A stretch of DNA of 64,000 nucleotides from the NCBI GenBank assembly GCA_041690395.1, contig JAWLHJ010000001.1, forward strand, positions 256,001 to 320,000. Reading direction: 5' to 3'. This stretch comes from Longimicrobiales bacterium. GTDB lineage: Bacteria; Gemmatimonadota; Gemmatimonadetes; Longimicrobiales; Gaopeijiaceae. This document shows positions 38,281 to 47,121 of this stretch, piece by piece. A program made the translations under genes and the position numbers. The first letter of the stretch is position 1, and the number at the start of each line of letters is the position of its first letter. The notes below the pieces were generated by a model. The model was not told where the DNA came from. It made no database searches and was given only the letters and a program-made list of their open reading frames with translations.

Positions 38281-40620
38281 TCACGGCCTCCACGCGTAGC
38301 CGAGCTTCAGAAAGAACGTTCGTCCGCGCGGCGTGAGCCCGACGCGGGCCCCGAGGTGCTCCTCGAAGGACAGCCGGTCGTCCGACACGCCCAGGAACAC
38401 GACCGTCAGCGGGTTCACCTTGTAGCTGAACAGCGCCTGGGTGGCGAGGCTCTCCTCGATGGTGCGGTCCAGCTCCGGGTTCGTCGCGGGGTTCCGGTCG
38501 GTCCGACGGTACTGCACCGTGGTCCGGACGAACGCGCGCGGGCTGAAGTTGTAGGCGGCCTGCAGCTGGCCCGCGTTCTCGGTCAGGATCCGCTCTCCGT
38601 CGACCGTCAGCCGCTGGATGCCGTGGCTGGCCTGCAGCTCGACGTTCCGCCCCAGGCGCAGCTCCAGGTTCGGGTTGAGCCGCACGGAGCGCGCCGCCCG
38701 GCCGTTCCGGAAGTCGATCGCGTCGCCGAAGGTCCCGTTCATCGCGAGGCGGAGGTCGGGCGTCGGACGGAAGCCCAGGCCGATGTTGAGGCCCTCGATG
38801 TCGTAGCTGCGGCCGTCGAAGTACTCCCGGCTGGTCCAGGGATTGAGCCAGCCGTTGCTCTGTAATGGCCCTTCGAAGTCGATCTGCGCCCAGACTCCCT
38901 CCCCGATGAGCCGGTCCGAGAGAGTACGGTCCCGCCAGAATCCGGTGCGCGCGGACACGCGGGGGAAGAGGGCGTCCGACCCGCCCCAGAAGGTGCGCGC
39001 CACGTTGGCCCAGACGGAGCGCGTGTCGACCTGGGGCACGAATCCGGCGTCCGCGCGGAAGCCGGCTTCGCGCACGTTCAGCCCGGCGAAGGCGCCCCAA
39101 TCGCCCGTGTTCCAGCTTGCATCCGCCATGTACGCGGTGCCGCCGAACGGAGCCTCGGGGAGGTCGGCCTCGGTGGACAGGGCGCTTCCATACCGGGTCC
39201 GGCTCGCGAGCACCTGCAGGTTCACGCCCAACGTGGGGTGCGGCCGGACGTAGGCGTCGACGCCACCCAGCCACCCCCGGTATCCGTCGGTTCCCTCGCG
39301 AGCCGTGACCACCGTCCCGACCGTCGCTCCGTCGCCGACGTCCCGGCGGTAACGGAGTACGGAGGCCGTGACTTCCTCGTCGCGGCTGATCCGCCGGGAA
39401 CCGAGATCGCCCGGAACCAAGAGGTTGTTCACCCGGTCGCGCGCGACGAGGACACCGATGCCGTGTGGTCCCGACTTGCCGCTGAACTTGGCGCCTCCGA
39501 CCGGGTCGCTCACCGAGCGGGTGAAGACGGCACGAATGGGCGTGGAGAACAGGTCGGCGCCCTCCAGAAAGAAGGGACGCTTCTCGGGAAAGAAGAGCGC
39601 GAACCGGCTGTTCGCGGACAGCTGCGGAGCGTCGGCCTCGATCTGGGAGAAGTCCGGGTTGAGCGTGGCGTTGAGCGTCAGGTCGGTCGTCAGGCTCCAA
39701 CGCGCGTCGATACCCGCCTCCCATGCGACTTCGCCGGCCGTCATCGGGCTCGCGAGGCCGTCCGGTCGGGCGTCCACGCGCGACGCGGTCAGCGTCGGCA
39801 CGATCTCCGCATTGCGCCCGGGGTCCATCCCCTGAAACCCGGCGAGCGCGTGAGCCTGACAGAGCTGGCACGACTCGTCCCGGAGCCGGGTGTTCGAGCG
39901 CATGGTCACCGTCTGGTCGCGGGGGCGCATGCGGTTGATCCAGAAGCGCCACGTCTGTGGGTCGCTCGAGCTCGGGAAGCGGAGGGAGCCGAACGGGATG
40001 GCCGCCTCGATACTGTACCCGTCGTCCGTGATCCGACCCGCCGAGCTCCAGATGGCGTCCCACGAGGTGTCGAAGGCGCTGGTGCGCTCGTCGTAGGTGA
40101 GGTCGGCCTGGACACCGAGGGCGCTGACCTCGAAGACCCACCCCCGTCTCAGGTCATCGAACGGATCCACCAGGAACGAGATGCGGTCGTGGTTGCCCAG
40201 AATACGGTCGCGGTCCGTGATGTAGGCGCGGATCGACGACGGGTCGGGGTCGAACGCCGCGCATCCGAGGTACAGGTGGCTGTCGTCGAAGGTGACGCGG
40301 CAGTCGGTGCGGTAGCGCGAGGGGGTGTTGTCGCCCGGGTTGATCTCGAACGGCAGGGGAATGGACACGGCCTCGGTCCACGCGGCCTCGTCCAGAACGC
40401 CGTCGATCCGGATTGGCGAGCGGGCTACCGAGACCGGGAAGACCGCGGGGCTCGTCGGCGCTCCCGGAATCGGCGCCGGGTCGGACCCCCCGTCTCCCCC
40501 CACGATCTGCCCCTCCACCCCCGACAGGGGGCCCATCAAGGCCCCGCACGCCATCGCTAACACCCATGGCCACCCGTTCGCACCACCGACCCGGCCACCC
40601 ATCCCGACCTCCCCGTCCAT
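38281..40620 (-). CDS. Second DUF5916-type outer-membrane protein with CBM9-like domain
   Basis: IDGVLDEAAW, WDAIWSS, IPFGSLRF, NATLNPDFSQIEAD, EKRPFFLEG, FFLKLGYAW. Confidence 0.85.
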   Translation of the reverse strand: MDGEVGMGGRVGGANGWPWVLAMACGALMGPLSGVEGQIVGGDGGSDPAPIPGAPTSPAVFPVSVARSPIRIDGVLDEAAWTEAVSIPLPFEINPGDNTPSRYRTDCRVTFDDSHLYLGCAAFDPDPSSIRAYITDRDRILGNHDRISFLVDPFDDLRRGWVFEVSALGVQADLTYDERTSAFDTSWDAIWSSAGRITDDGYSIEAAIPFGSLRFPSSSDPQTWRFWINRMRPRDQTVTMRSNTRLRDESCQLCQAHALAGFQGMDPGRNAEIVPTLTASRVDARPDGLASPMTAGEVAWEAGIDARWSLTTDLTLNATLNPDFSQIEADAPQLSANSRFALFFPEKRPFFLEGADLFSTPIRAVFTRSVSDPVGGAKFSGKSGPHGIGVLVARDRVNNLLVPGDLGSRRISRDEEVTASVLRYRRDVGDGATVGTVVTAREGTDGYRGWLGGVDAYVRPHPTLGVNLQVLASRTRYGSALSTEADLPEAPFGGTAYMADASWNTGDWGAFAGLNVREAGFRADAGFVPQVDTRSVWANVARTFWGGSDALFPRVSARTGFWRDRTLSDRLIGEGVWAQIDFEGPLQSNGWLNPWTSREYFDGRSYDIEGLNIGLGFRPTPDLRLAMNGTFGDAIDFRNGRAARSVRLNPNLELRLGRNVELQASHGIQRLTVDGERILTENAGQLQAAYNFSPRAFVRTTVQYRRTDRNPATNPELDRTIEESLATQALFSYKVNPLTVVFLGVSDDRLSFEEHLGARVGLTPRGRTFFLKLGYAWRP

Positions 40621-40665
40621 CGTGTCTCACCGTGTAGCCCTCCCCGATGGGAACGGCTCATCGGC

Positions 40666-40724
40666 AAGCTAGAGAGCGGTGGAGGCCGGGTGGTGGTGTC
40701 GGCGTCAGGGCCTTGTCAGGGCCT
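40666..40724 (-). promoter_or_regulatory. -10 box plus OmpR/PhoB-type direct-repeat operator
   Basis: GTCAGGGCCT twice at 11-bp period (40704, 40715); TAGCTT on the minus strand at 40666-40671. Confidence 0.65.
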
Positions 40725-40772
40725 CGTGGGGTATGAGGTGTGGTGAGCCGGCAGCGGCGGTGAGATGACCGC

Positions 40773-41546
40773 TCAGTGGCGGAAACGGTATCCCATCTTG
40801 TGGACGGTCAGGATGTGGTCCGGATTCGAGGGCTCGGCCTCGAGCTTCCTCCGCAGCTCGGAGATGTGCGTGTCCACGGTGCGGCTCGCGACGGCGGCGC
40901 GGTGGCCCCAGACCTCGCGCATGAGCGCGACGCGGGACGCCACGGCGCCGTTTCGGGCGATCAGCGCCAGCAGGAGATCGAACTCCTTGGGCGTGAGCGA
41001 CACCTCCTCGCCGTCACGTAGCACCGCGCGTGCGGCAGGTTGGATCTCGACCCTTCCGAAGGTGAGGGTGCGCAGAGGGGCCGCGAATTGGGGCGACGGG
41101 TCCGGGCTGATGCGTGCCGCGACCGGACGCTCGCGTGCCGCGGCCGTCGTCGCCGGAACCCTACGGAGGAGCGCCTCGACCCGGGCGAGGAGCTCGAGCA
41201 CGCCGAACGGCTTGGTCACGTAGTCGTCGGCGCCGATGCGCAGCCCGAGCACCTTGTCGGCTTCTTCGCCCTTGGCCGTCAGGACCAGGACCGGTGTCCG
41301 GGAATCCTCCGCCCGGAAGGTCCGGAGCACCTGGAAGCCGTTCATTCCCGGCAGCATGAGGTCGAGGATCATCAGGTCGGGCTCGAGCGCCCGGGCCGCC
41401 TCGAGGCCCCCCGGACCATCCTCGGCCACATAGACGGTATAGCCCTCGATCTCGAGGTTGTTGCGGAGCCCGTACGCGAGGTCCGCATTGTCCTCGACCA
41501 CCAGAATCGTCCCCACCGGCCCACCTCCCGTTCCCGTCGGCGCCAT
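40773..41546 (-). CDS. OmpR/PhoB family response regulator
   Basis: VEDN, LDLMLPG, LTAK, GADDYVTKPF, LTPKEFDLL, RTVDTHISELRRKLE. Confidence 0.96.
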   Translation of the reverse strand: MAPTGTGGGPVGTILVVEDNADLAYGLRNNLEIEGYTVYVAEDGPGGLEAARALEPDLMILDLMLPGMNGFQVLRTFRAEDSRTPVLVLTAKGEEADKVLGLRIGADDYVTKPFGVLELLARVEALLRRVPATTAAARERPVAARISPDPSPQFAAPLRTLTFGRVEIQPAARAVLRDGEEVSLTPKEFDLLLALIARNGAVASRVALMREVWGHRAAVASRTVDTHISELRRKLEAEPSNPDHILTVHKMGYRFRH

Positions 41547-43162
41547 CAGCCGAGCCGCGGCACTTCGACCACGAACCGCGCGCCACCCCCCTCTCTGGAT
41601 TCCACGCGGGTCGTCCCACCGTGTGCTTCCGCCACCTCCCTCACGACCGACAGCCCTATGCCCGAGCCGGCCGTCGACGATTCTCTATGACGCTCCGAGC
41701 GGAAGTAGGGTTGCCAGATGCGTCCCTTGTCCCGTTCGGAAACACCCTCTCCCTCGTCCTCCACGGAGAAGCGCACGACGCCGAGCCGCCCCGTGACCCC
41801 GAGGGCGACGGTCTGCCCGGCCGGGCCGTATTTCACGGCGTTGTCGAGGAGGTTCAGGAGCGCCTGCCGCATGAGCCTCGGGTCGACGCAGGCGGTGAGA
41901 GGGCCCTCCGCCGAAACGACGATGTCCTGCTCGGCGGCCGCGGCCAGCGGCCGGAACGCTTCGGCCACCTCCTCGGCGAGCGCGGCGACGTCGGTCTCGA
42001 CGCAGTCCGCGCGGACCGCTTCCCGCTCGCTGCGGGAGTAGAGCAGCACGTTCCCGACCTGATGGGTGAGCCGCTGAGACTCGTTGACGATGATCTCGAG
42101 CGAGCGCCGGCGCTCCTCGTCCGTGCGCACCCGGTCGAGGAGCAGCGTCTCCCCGAACATCCGGATCTGGGCGAGCGGCGTCCGGAGCTCGTGCGAGACG
42201 CCGGAAACGAAGTCCGCCCGGAGCTGTGCCAGCTCGGTCTCGCGACGGAGCTGCCAGAACGCACCCGCCACCAGGCCCGTGGTCAGCACCAGAAGCGTCA
42301 GGATCAGGGGTAGCCGGGACTGCGGAAAGCCACCGATGACGAGGCTTGGCGCGACCTCCGGATTCACCACGACCCGGGCCGTGAGGCCGGCGTAGCGGGC
42401 GCCGAGCGTGTCACGCGCCTCGAAGTCCGAGACGTAGTGGGTATCGGCGGCCCACACGGTGCGGCCCTTCCCGCTCTCCATCGACACGGCGAACACCTGC
42501 TCGTTCGGCCGGCCTCCGGTGAGGCCTTCGGGCAGCAGCGGCGACGAAGCGAGCGAGTAGGTGAAGTGGGGGTCGAGCCCTCCCCGGCGCACGTGGAAGC
42601 CGTAGACGACCTCCGCGTCCCGGCGGTCGTCGGGAGCGAAGCGATAGGCGACGAAGCCGTCTCCCTCGGGACCCTCGAGCATGCGGGGCTGCCATCCGGG
42701 GCCCGCGCTCGCGTCGAAGTGGGTGCGGAGCTCGGTCTCGATCCAGTGCTCCAGGTGTGCGGGCGCGCCCTTCCCCTCGATCGCGACCGAGCCGCTGGCC
42801 AGGTCGAGACGGAAAACCGAGGACACGGCGTCCACGGTGGTCCACTCCCAGGCCCGGGCCGCCGTGCGCACGGTATCCATCGACAGCAGAGCGCCGGGCA
42901 CCTTGCCCCCGCACCCCGCGACGACGTCGAGCCCGAGGTACAGGACCTTGGCGTCGAGAGTGCGGCGCACGGTGTTGGCGTACTCCCAGGCGGCGAACTG
43001 CGCTTGCTCGCCCAGCGTCTTGTGCACCGCCGCCGCGTGGGAGCGGCTGGCGTCGAACGCCTGGTACGCGAGCAACCCGGCCAGGGCGAGCGCGCCCACG
43101 AGGAGGACCCCCACGAAGGCGGTGCTTCGTCCCAGCCGCGAAGATACGGTTCCCGGAGCCAT
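41546..43162 (-). CDS. Membrane sensor histidine kinase
   Basis: Two TM helices with periplasmic domain, SHELRTPL, NLLDNAVKY, EDEGEG, GSGIGL. Confidence 0.95.
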   Translation of the reverse strand: MAPGTVSSRLGRSTAFVGVLLVGALALAGLLAYQAFDASRSHAAAVHKTLGEQAQFAAWEYANTVRRTLDAKVLYLGLDVVAGCGGKVPGALLSMDTVRTAARAWEWTTVDAVSSVFRLDLASGSVAIEGKGAPAHLEHWIETELRTHFDASAGPGWQPRMLEGPEGDGFVAYRFAPDDRRDAEVVYGFHVRRGGLDPHFTYSLASSPLLPEGLTGGRPNEQVFAVSMESGKGRTVWAADTHYVSDFEARDTLGARYAGLTARVVVNPEVAPSLVIGGFPQSRLPLILTLLVLTTGLVAGAFWQLRRETELAQLRADFVSGVSHELRTPLAQIRMFGETLLLDRVRTDEERRRSLEIIVNESQRLTHQVGNVLLYSRSEREAVRADCVETDVAALAEEVAEAFRPLAAAAEQDIVVSAEGPLTACVDPRLMRQALLNLLDNAVKYGPAGQTVALGVTGRLGVVRFSVEDEGEGVSERDKGRIWQPYFRSERHRESSTAGSGIGLSVVREVAEAHGGTTRVESREGGGARFVVEVPRLG

Positions 43163-43170
43163 GATCCCGA

Positions 43171-43226
43171 AAGCTATCCGTCGGCGTGACCGCCGGCATC
43201 CGGACCGGTGTCAGGGAAGTGTCAGG
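43171..43226 (-). promoter_or_regulatory. -10 box plus direct-repeat operator of the two-component operon
   Basis: GTCAGG at 43210 and 43221 (11-bp period); TAGCTT on the minus strand at 43171-43176. Confidence 0.62.
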
Positions 43227-43253
43227 AGCCGGGGGTGAGGGTTAGAATGCGAC

Positions 43254-43352
43254 ATGGACATTTTCGAGATCATCATCCTGGTCGTGGTCTTCGTCGGATT
43301 CCTCGGACTGATCGCCTACGCGGCACGGCACGCGCGCTCGGGCGATGAGTGA
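43254..43352 (+). CDS. Small single-pass membrane protein, 32 aa (below ORF-track cutoff)
   Basis: MDIFEIIILVVVFVGFLGLIAYAARHARSGDE*; TAGAAT 5 nt upstream; overlaps the next start (ATGAGTGA). Confidence 0.65.
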   Translation: MDIFEIIILVVVFVGFLGLIAYAARHARSGDE

Positions 43353-44559
43353 CACGACGCCGTCGGGAATCGGTGCCGCCGCGCTCACGTGCCGGAAGGG
43401 CGATTTCAGCCTCCGGCCGGGCGCGCCCTACCTGAACTGCGCCTACATGGGCCCCTTGCCCGCGGCGTCGGAGAAGGCGGGCGTAGCGGCCCTCACGCGG
43501 AAGCGGCACCCATCCGACATCACCGCGCCGGACGCGTTCTGGGAGAGCGACGGCATCCGTGAGCGCTTCGCGCGCCTCGTGGGGATCGGCGACGTCGGGC
43601 GCGTCGCGATCCAGCCCGGCGTGTCCTACGGGGTCGCGACGGCGGCCCGGAACGTGAGCGTCGAAGGTGGACAGAACATCGTGCTCACGGCCGAGCAGTT
43701 CCCCGGGAACGTGTACGCGTGGCGGCGGCTCGCGGAGGAGCGAGGCGCCACGCTGCGCTCCGTGGGTCCGGGTGAAGCCGATCCGGGTGCGGCCGGCACG
43801 TCACGGGGCGCGCTCTGGAACGAGCGCCTCCTCGAAGCCATCGACATGGAGACCGCCGTGGTCGCCGTGCCGCACGTCCACTGGACCGATGGAACGCGGT
43901 TCGACCTGGTGGAGATCGGGCGGCGATGCGGGGAGGTCGGCGCGGCGCTCGTGGTCGACGCCACCCAGTCCGTCGGGGCCCTTCCGTTCGACGTCGCCGA
44001 AGTGCGGCCCGACGCGCTCGTGGTCGCTGCGTACAAGTGGATGCTCGGCCCCTATTCGCTGGCGCTCTCGTACTTCGGCTCGCGCTTCGACGACGGCGTC
44101 CCGCTCGAGGAAACCTGGATCGCCCGCGAGGACAGCCACGACTTCCAGCGCCTGGTCGAGTATCGGGACGAGTACGCCCCCGGAGCGGTCCGTTACGACA
44201 TGGCCGAGCGCTCCAACTTCTTCCTGCTCCCCATCGCGGAGCGGAGTCTCGATCTGCTTCTCGACTGGCGCCCGGAGCGGATCCAGTCGTACTGCCGGTC
44301 CCTCACCGCCGGCCTGGTCGCCGAGGCCTCGGAGCTCGGGTTCGGGGTCGAGGACGAGCGTTGGCGGGCCCATCATCTGTTCGGTCTCCGGATGCCGGCG
44401 GCGGTGGATCTGACCGACCTGCGCGACCGTCTGGCCGCCCGTGGCATCTCGGTGTCGCTACGGGGCTCGGCGCTCCGGGTGTCTCCGAACGTCTACAACG
44501 ACGAGGCCGACATCGAGGCGCTCCTCGGGGTGCTCAGGGAGTCGGTCGGGCGCGCGTGA
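43345..44559 (+). CDS. Class V PLP-dependent aminotransferase (cysteine desulfurase/lyase-like)
   Basis: YLNCAYMGP, VHWTDG, VDATQSVG, AAYKWMLGP, LRVSPNVYN. Confidence 0.9.
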   Translation: MSDTTPSGIGAAALTCRKGDFSLRPGAPYLNCAYMGPLPAASEKAGVAALTRKRHPSDITAPDAFWESDGIRERFARLVGIGDVGRVAIQPGVSYGVATAARNVSVEGGQNIVLTAEQFPGNVYAWRRLAEERGATLRSVGPGEADPGAAGTSRGALWNERLLEAIDMETAVVAVPHVHWTDGTRFDLVEIGRRCGEVGAALVVDATQSVGALPFDVAEVRPDALVVAAYKWMLGPYSLALSYFGSRFDDGVPLEETWIAREDSHDFQRLVEYRDEYAPGAVRYDMAERSNFFLLPIAERSLDLLLDWRPERIQSYCRSLTAGLVAEASELGFGVEDERWRAHHLFGLRMPAAVDLTDLRDRLAARGISVSLRGSALRVSPNVYNDEADIEALLGVLRESVGRA

Positions 44560-44603
44560 CCGGGGCCCGTGAGCGCGCACGGGCGCCCGACGATGCGCGT
44601 CCC

Positions 44604-45188
44604 TCAGCGTCCGGCGCCGACGCCGAACACGACCTCCGCCTGGTCGCCCACGCCGATGCCTTCCTCGGCGAACCAGCCCTGGCGAACCTCGAGCGCGAAC
44701 ATCGCCGGCGCGCTGCTCGGGTAGGTGTCCGTGACGAGCGGCTCCATCTGGACGATGTCCACGATCCGGTAGGAAGGATCCATGTAGGCGATGTCGAGCG
44801 GCACGTACGTGTTGGCCATCCAGAAGGCACGGACGTCGTTGTCCTGGAAGACGAAGAGCATGCCCGTCCCGTCGGGCACCTCCTCACGGTACATGAGTCC
44901 CTCGGCTCTCTCGTCGGCCGTCGCGGCGACCTCGGCGACGACGGTATCGGCCCCGAAGATCACCCAGGCGTGTCCCGCGGCGGGCCGGGGAGTGCTGGTT
45001 GCGCCTCCCTCCATGGCTCCCCTCGCACGGGCCTGCTGGTCCGCCGCGGCCGGCGTCTCGTCGCGCTCGTCGGCGCTCCGATCGTCGCTCGCCGGGCAGC
45101 CGAGCAGGAACGGAAGAAGCCCGACAGCAAGCACCCAATGGTGCGATCGGCCTGGTCGGCCACTTCTCGTGATATTGCGCGCGGTCAT
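44604..45188 (-). CDS. DUF192 family lipoprotein
   Basis: Lipobox LLGC, ERAEGLMYR, GMLFVF, FWMANT.VPLDI, ALEV..GWF. Confidence 0.88.
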   Translation of the reverse strand: MTARNITRSGRPGRSHHWVLAVGLLPFLLGCPASDDRSADERDETPAAADQQARARGAMEGGATSTPRPAAGHAWVIFGADTVVAEVAATADERAEGLMYREEVPDGTGMLFVFQDNDVRAFWMANTYVPLDIAYMDPSYRIVDIVQMEPLVTDTYPSSAPAMFALEVRQGWFAEEGIGVGDQAEVVFGVGAGR

Positions 45189-45318
45189 GCTTGGCCTCCC
45201 ATTCGTACACGGACCTATGTAAGTTACGCGGCTTCGTGTCGGGTCCCAGTCCTCCCGCCGGGAACCGAGCGGCACATTCGCCGCCGGATCATGGTCGGAG
45301 ATGGAGTGTCGAGCAAAG

Positions 45319-45570
45319 ATGGTCGATCAGCAGCTGTTGGACATCCTGGTGTGTCCCGAGACGAAGCAGCCTCTGCGTGTCGCGGACGCCGAGACCCTCC
45401 GTCGCCTGAACGAGGCGATCGGACGCGGTGCGGTCGTGAGCCGCGGTGGACGCAAGCTGGAAGAGCCGGTTTCCGAGGGACTCGTCCGGGAAGCCGGCGA
45501 CGTGCTCTATCCGATCCGGGATGAAATCCCGATCATGCTCGTCGACGAAGCCATACCACTACCTCAATAG
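45319..45570 (+). CDS. Trm112/YcaR-like protein
   Basis: [13 protein letters not shown]...[15 protein letters not shown]. Confidence 0.88.
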   Translation: MVDQQLLDILVCPETKQPLRVADAETLRRLNEAIGRGAVVSRGGRKLEEPVSEGLVREAGDVLYPIRDEIPIMLVDEAIPLPQ

Positions 45571-45575
45571 CGATC

Positions 45576-46214
45576 ATGGGACGACTCCGGATCTTCCGCT
45601 TTTCGACGCTCGCGCTCCTGGCGGGCGGGCTCGCCGCGTGCGACGCCACGCCGCCGCCGGTGGGCATGGCCCGGGGCGAGGCGCTCTACCAGACCTGCAC
45701 GCCCTGTCACGGCGAGAGCGGCGTCGGCAACGTCGACATCGCCGCGCCGAGCATCGCCGGGCTGCCCCAGTGGTACATCGAGGCACAGCTGGAGGGGTTC
45801 CAGCAGGGATTCCGGGGGCGTCACCACGAGGACCTGCCCGGACTCCGCATGCGGCCCATGGCGGTATCCCTCACGCGCGAGGGCGACATCGAGTCCGTGG
45901 CGGAGTACGCGGCGTCGCTCCCCGCCGTCTATCCCGAGAGCACGCTCGACGGAAACGCGGGCGCCGGGGCCGCGAGCTACCAGGTCTGCGTTGCCTGTCA
46001 CGGCGCGTCCGGGCTCGGCGACGAGCTCCTGCGCTCGCCGCCCATCGTCCAGATGCACGACTGGTACATGCTGAACCAGCTCCGCAACTTCAAGTCCGGG
46101 GCGCGCGGCGCACATCCGCAGGACACCTGGGGCGCCACCATGCGTGTGAATACGCTGGCGCTCTCCGAGCAGGCGATGAAAGACGTCATCGCGTACGTGT
46201 ACACGCTTAGGTAG
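45576..46214 (+). CDS. Diheme cytochrome c4-like lipoprotein
   Basis: Lipobox LAAC; CTPCH and CVACH, each followed by WY...QL..F..G.RG and a distal Met. Confidence 0.9.
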   Translation: MGRLRIFRFSTLALLAGGLAACDATPPPVGMARGEALYQTCTPCHGESGVGNVDIAAPSIAGLPQWYIEAQLEGFQQGFRGRHHEDLPGLRMRPMAVSLTREGDIESVAEYAASLPAVYPESTLDGNAGAGAASYQVCVACHGASGLGDELLRSPPIVQMHDWYMLNQLRNFKSGARGAHPQDTWGATMRVNTLALSEQAMKDVIAYVYTLR

Positions 46215-46226
46215 GCAACGAATCCC

Positions 46227-46406
46227 ATGAGCGACCACGCCGCCGCGGAGCTGGCTCCCACGTTGACCCCCGAAGAGAGGGTGGCGCTCGCGCCGCCCTC
46301 GGACGACGAGAACCCCGCTATCGTGGACGCGAAGAAGGCCTTCGTGATCACGGTCTGGAGCAGCTTGCTCTTCGTCGGGGTCGTCGTCGTGTTCATCCTC
46401 CTGTGA
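46227..46406 (+). CDS. Small membrane protein, 59 aa, inside the oxidase operon (below ORF-track cutoff)
   Basis: MSDHAAAELAP...DAKKAFVITVWSSLLFVGVVVVFILL*; fills the gap between cytochrome c and subunit II with typical codon usage. Confidence 0.72.
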   Translation: MSDHAAAELAPTLTPEERVALAPPSDDENPAIVDAKKAFVITVWSSLLFVGVVVVFILL

Positions 46407-46428
46407 TCCCCGACACTCGGCTAGCAGA

Positions 46429-47106
46429 ATGATCGAGCGTTTTCTAGTACAGGCTTCGACCTACGCCGGAAGCATCGACGGGATCATCATGCTCGTCTTC
46501 GTGCTCGTCGGCTTCTGGTTCCTGGCCGCCGAGGGCATCTTCTTCTGGCTCATCTGGAAGTTCAGGGCCCGCCCCGGCGAGAAGTCGCAGTACCTGACGG
46601 GCAAGGAGAAGCACGTGAAGCGGTGGGTGACCATCCCGCACGCGCTCGTCCTGGTCTGCGACGTCTTCATCATCATCGGCTCGGTCCGAGTCTGGTACGA
46701 CGTGAAGCAGCGCCTGCCGGAGGCCGACAGCACGATCCGGGTCATCGGACAGCAGTGGGCCTGGACGTTCCAGCATCCCGGCCCGGACAACACGCTCGAC
46801 ACGGCCGACGACATCTTCACCGTCGACGACCTCCACGTCGAAGTGGAGAAGACGTACCACTTCCGGCTGGAGTCGCGGGACGTGGTGCACTCCTTCTCGG
46901 TTCCCGTGTTCCGGCTGAAGCAGGACGCCGTCCCCGGACGGTCGATCACCGGGTGGTTCCGTCCCACCGAGACGGGTGAGCACGACGTGCAGTGTGCCGA
47001 GATCTGCGGCATCGGACACGGCATCATGGCCGCACGAATCCACATCGAAGACGCCGACACACACGCCCAGTGGATCGCGGAGAACTCGACCTCCGCGGCC
47101 CAGTAG
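46429..47106 (+). CDS. coxB: Cytochrome c oxidase subunit II (CuA)
   Basis: Two TM helices, GQQWAW, DVVHSF, DAVPGR, CAEICGIGHGIM. Confidence 0.95.
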   Translation: MIERFLVQASTYAGSIDGIIMLVFVLVGFWFLAAEGIFFWLIWKFRARPGEKSQYLTGKEKHVKRWVTIPHALVLVCDVFIIIGSVRVWYDVKQRLPEADSTIRVIGQQWAWTFQHPGPDNTLDTADDIFTVDDLHVEVEKTYHFRLESRDVVHSFSVPVFRLKQDAVPGRSITGWFRPTETGEHDVQCAEICGIGHGIMAARIHIEDADTHAQWIAENSTSAAQ

Positions 47107-47121
47107 GGCAAGAGGAAGCAG

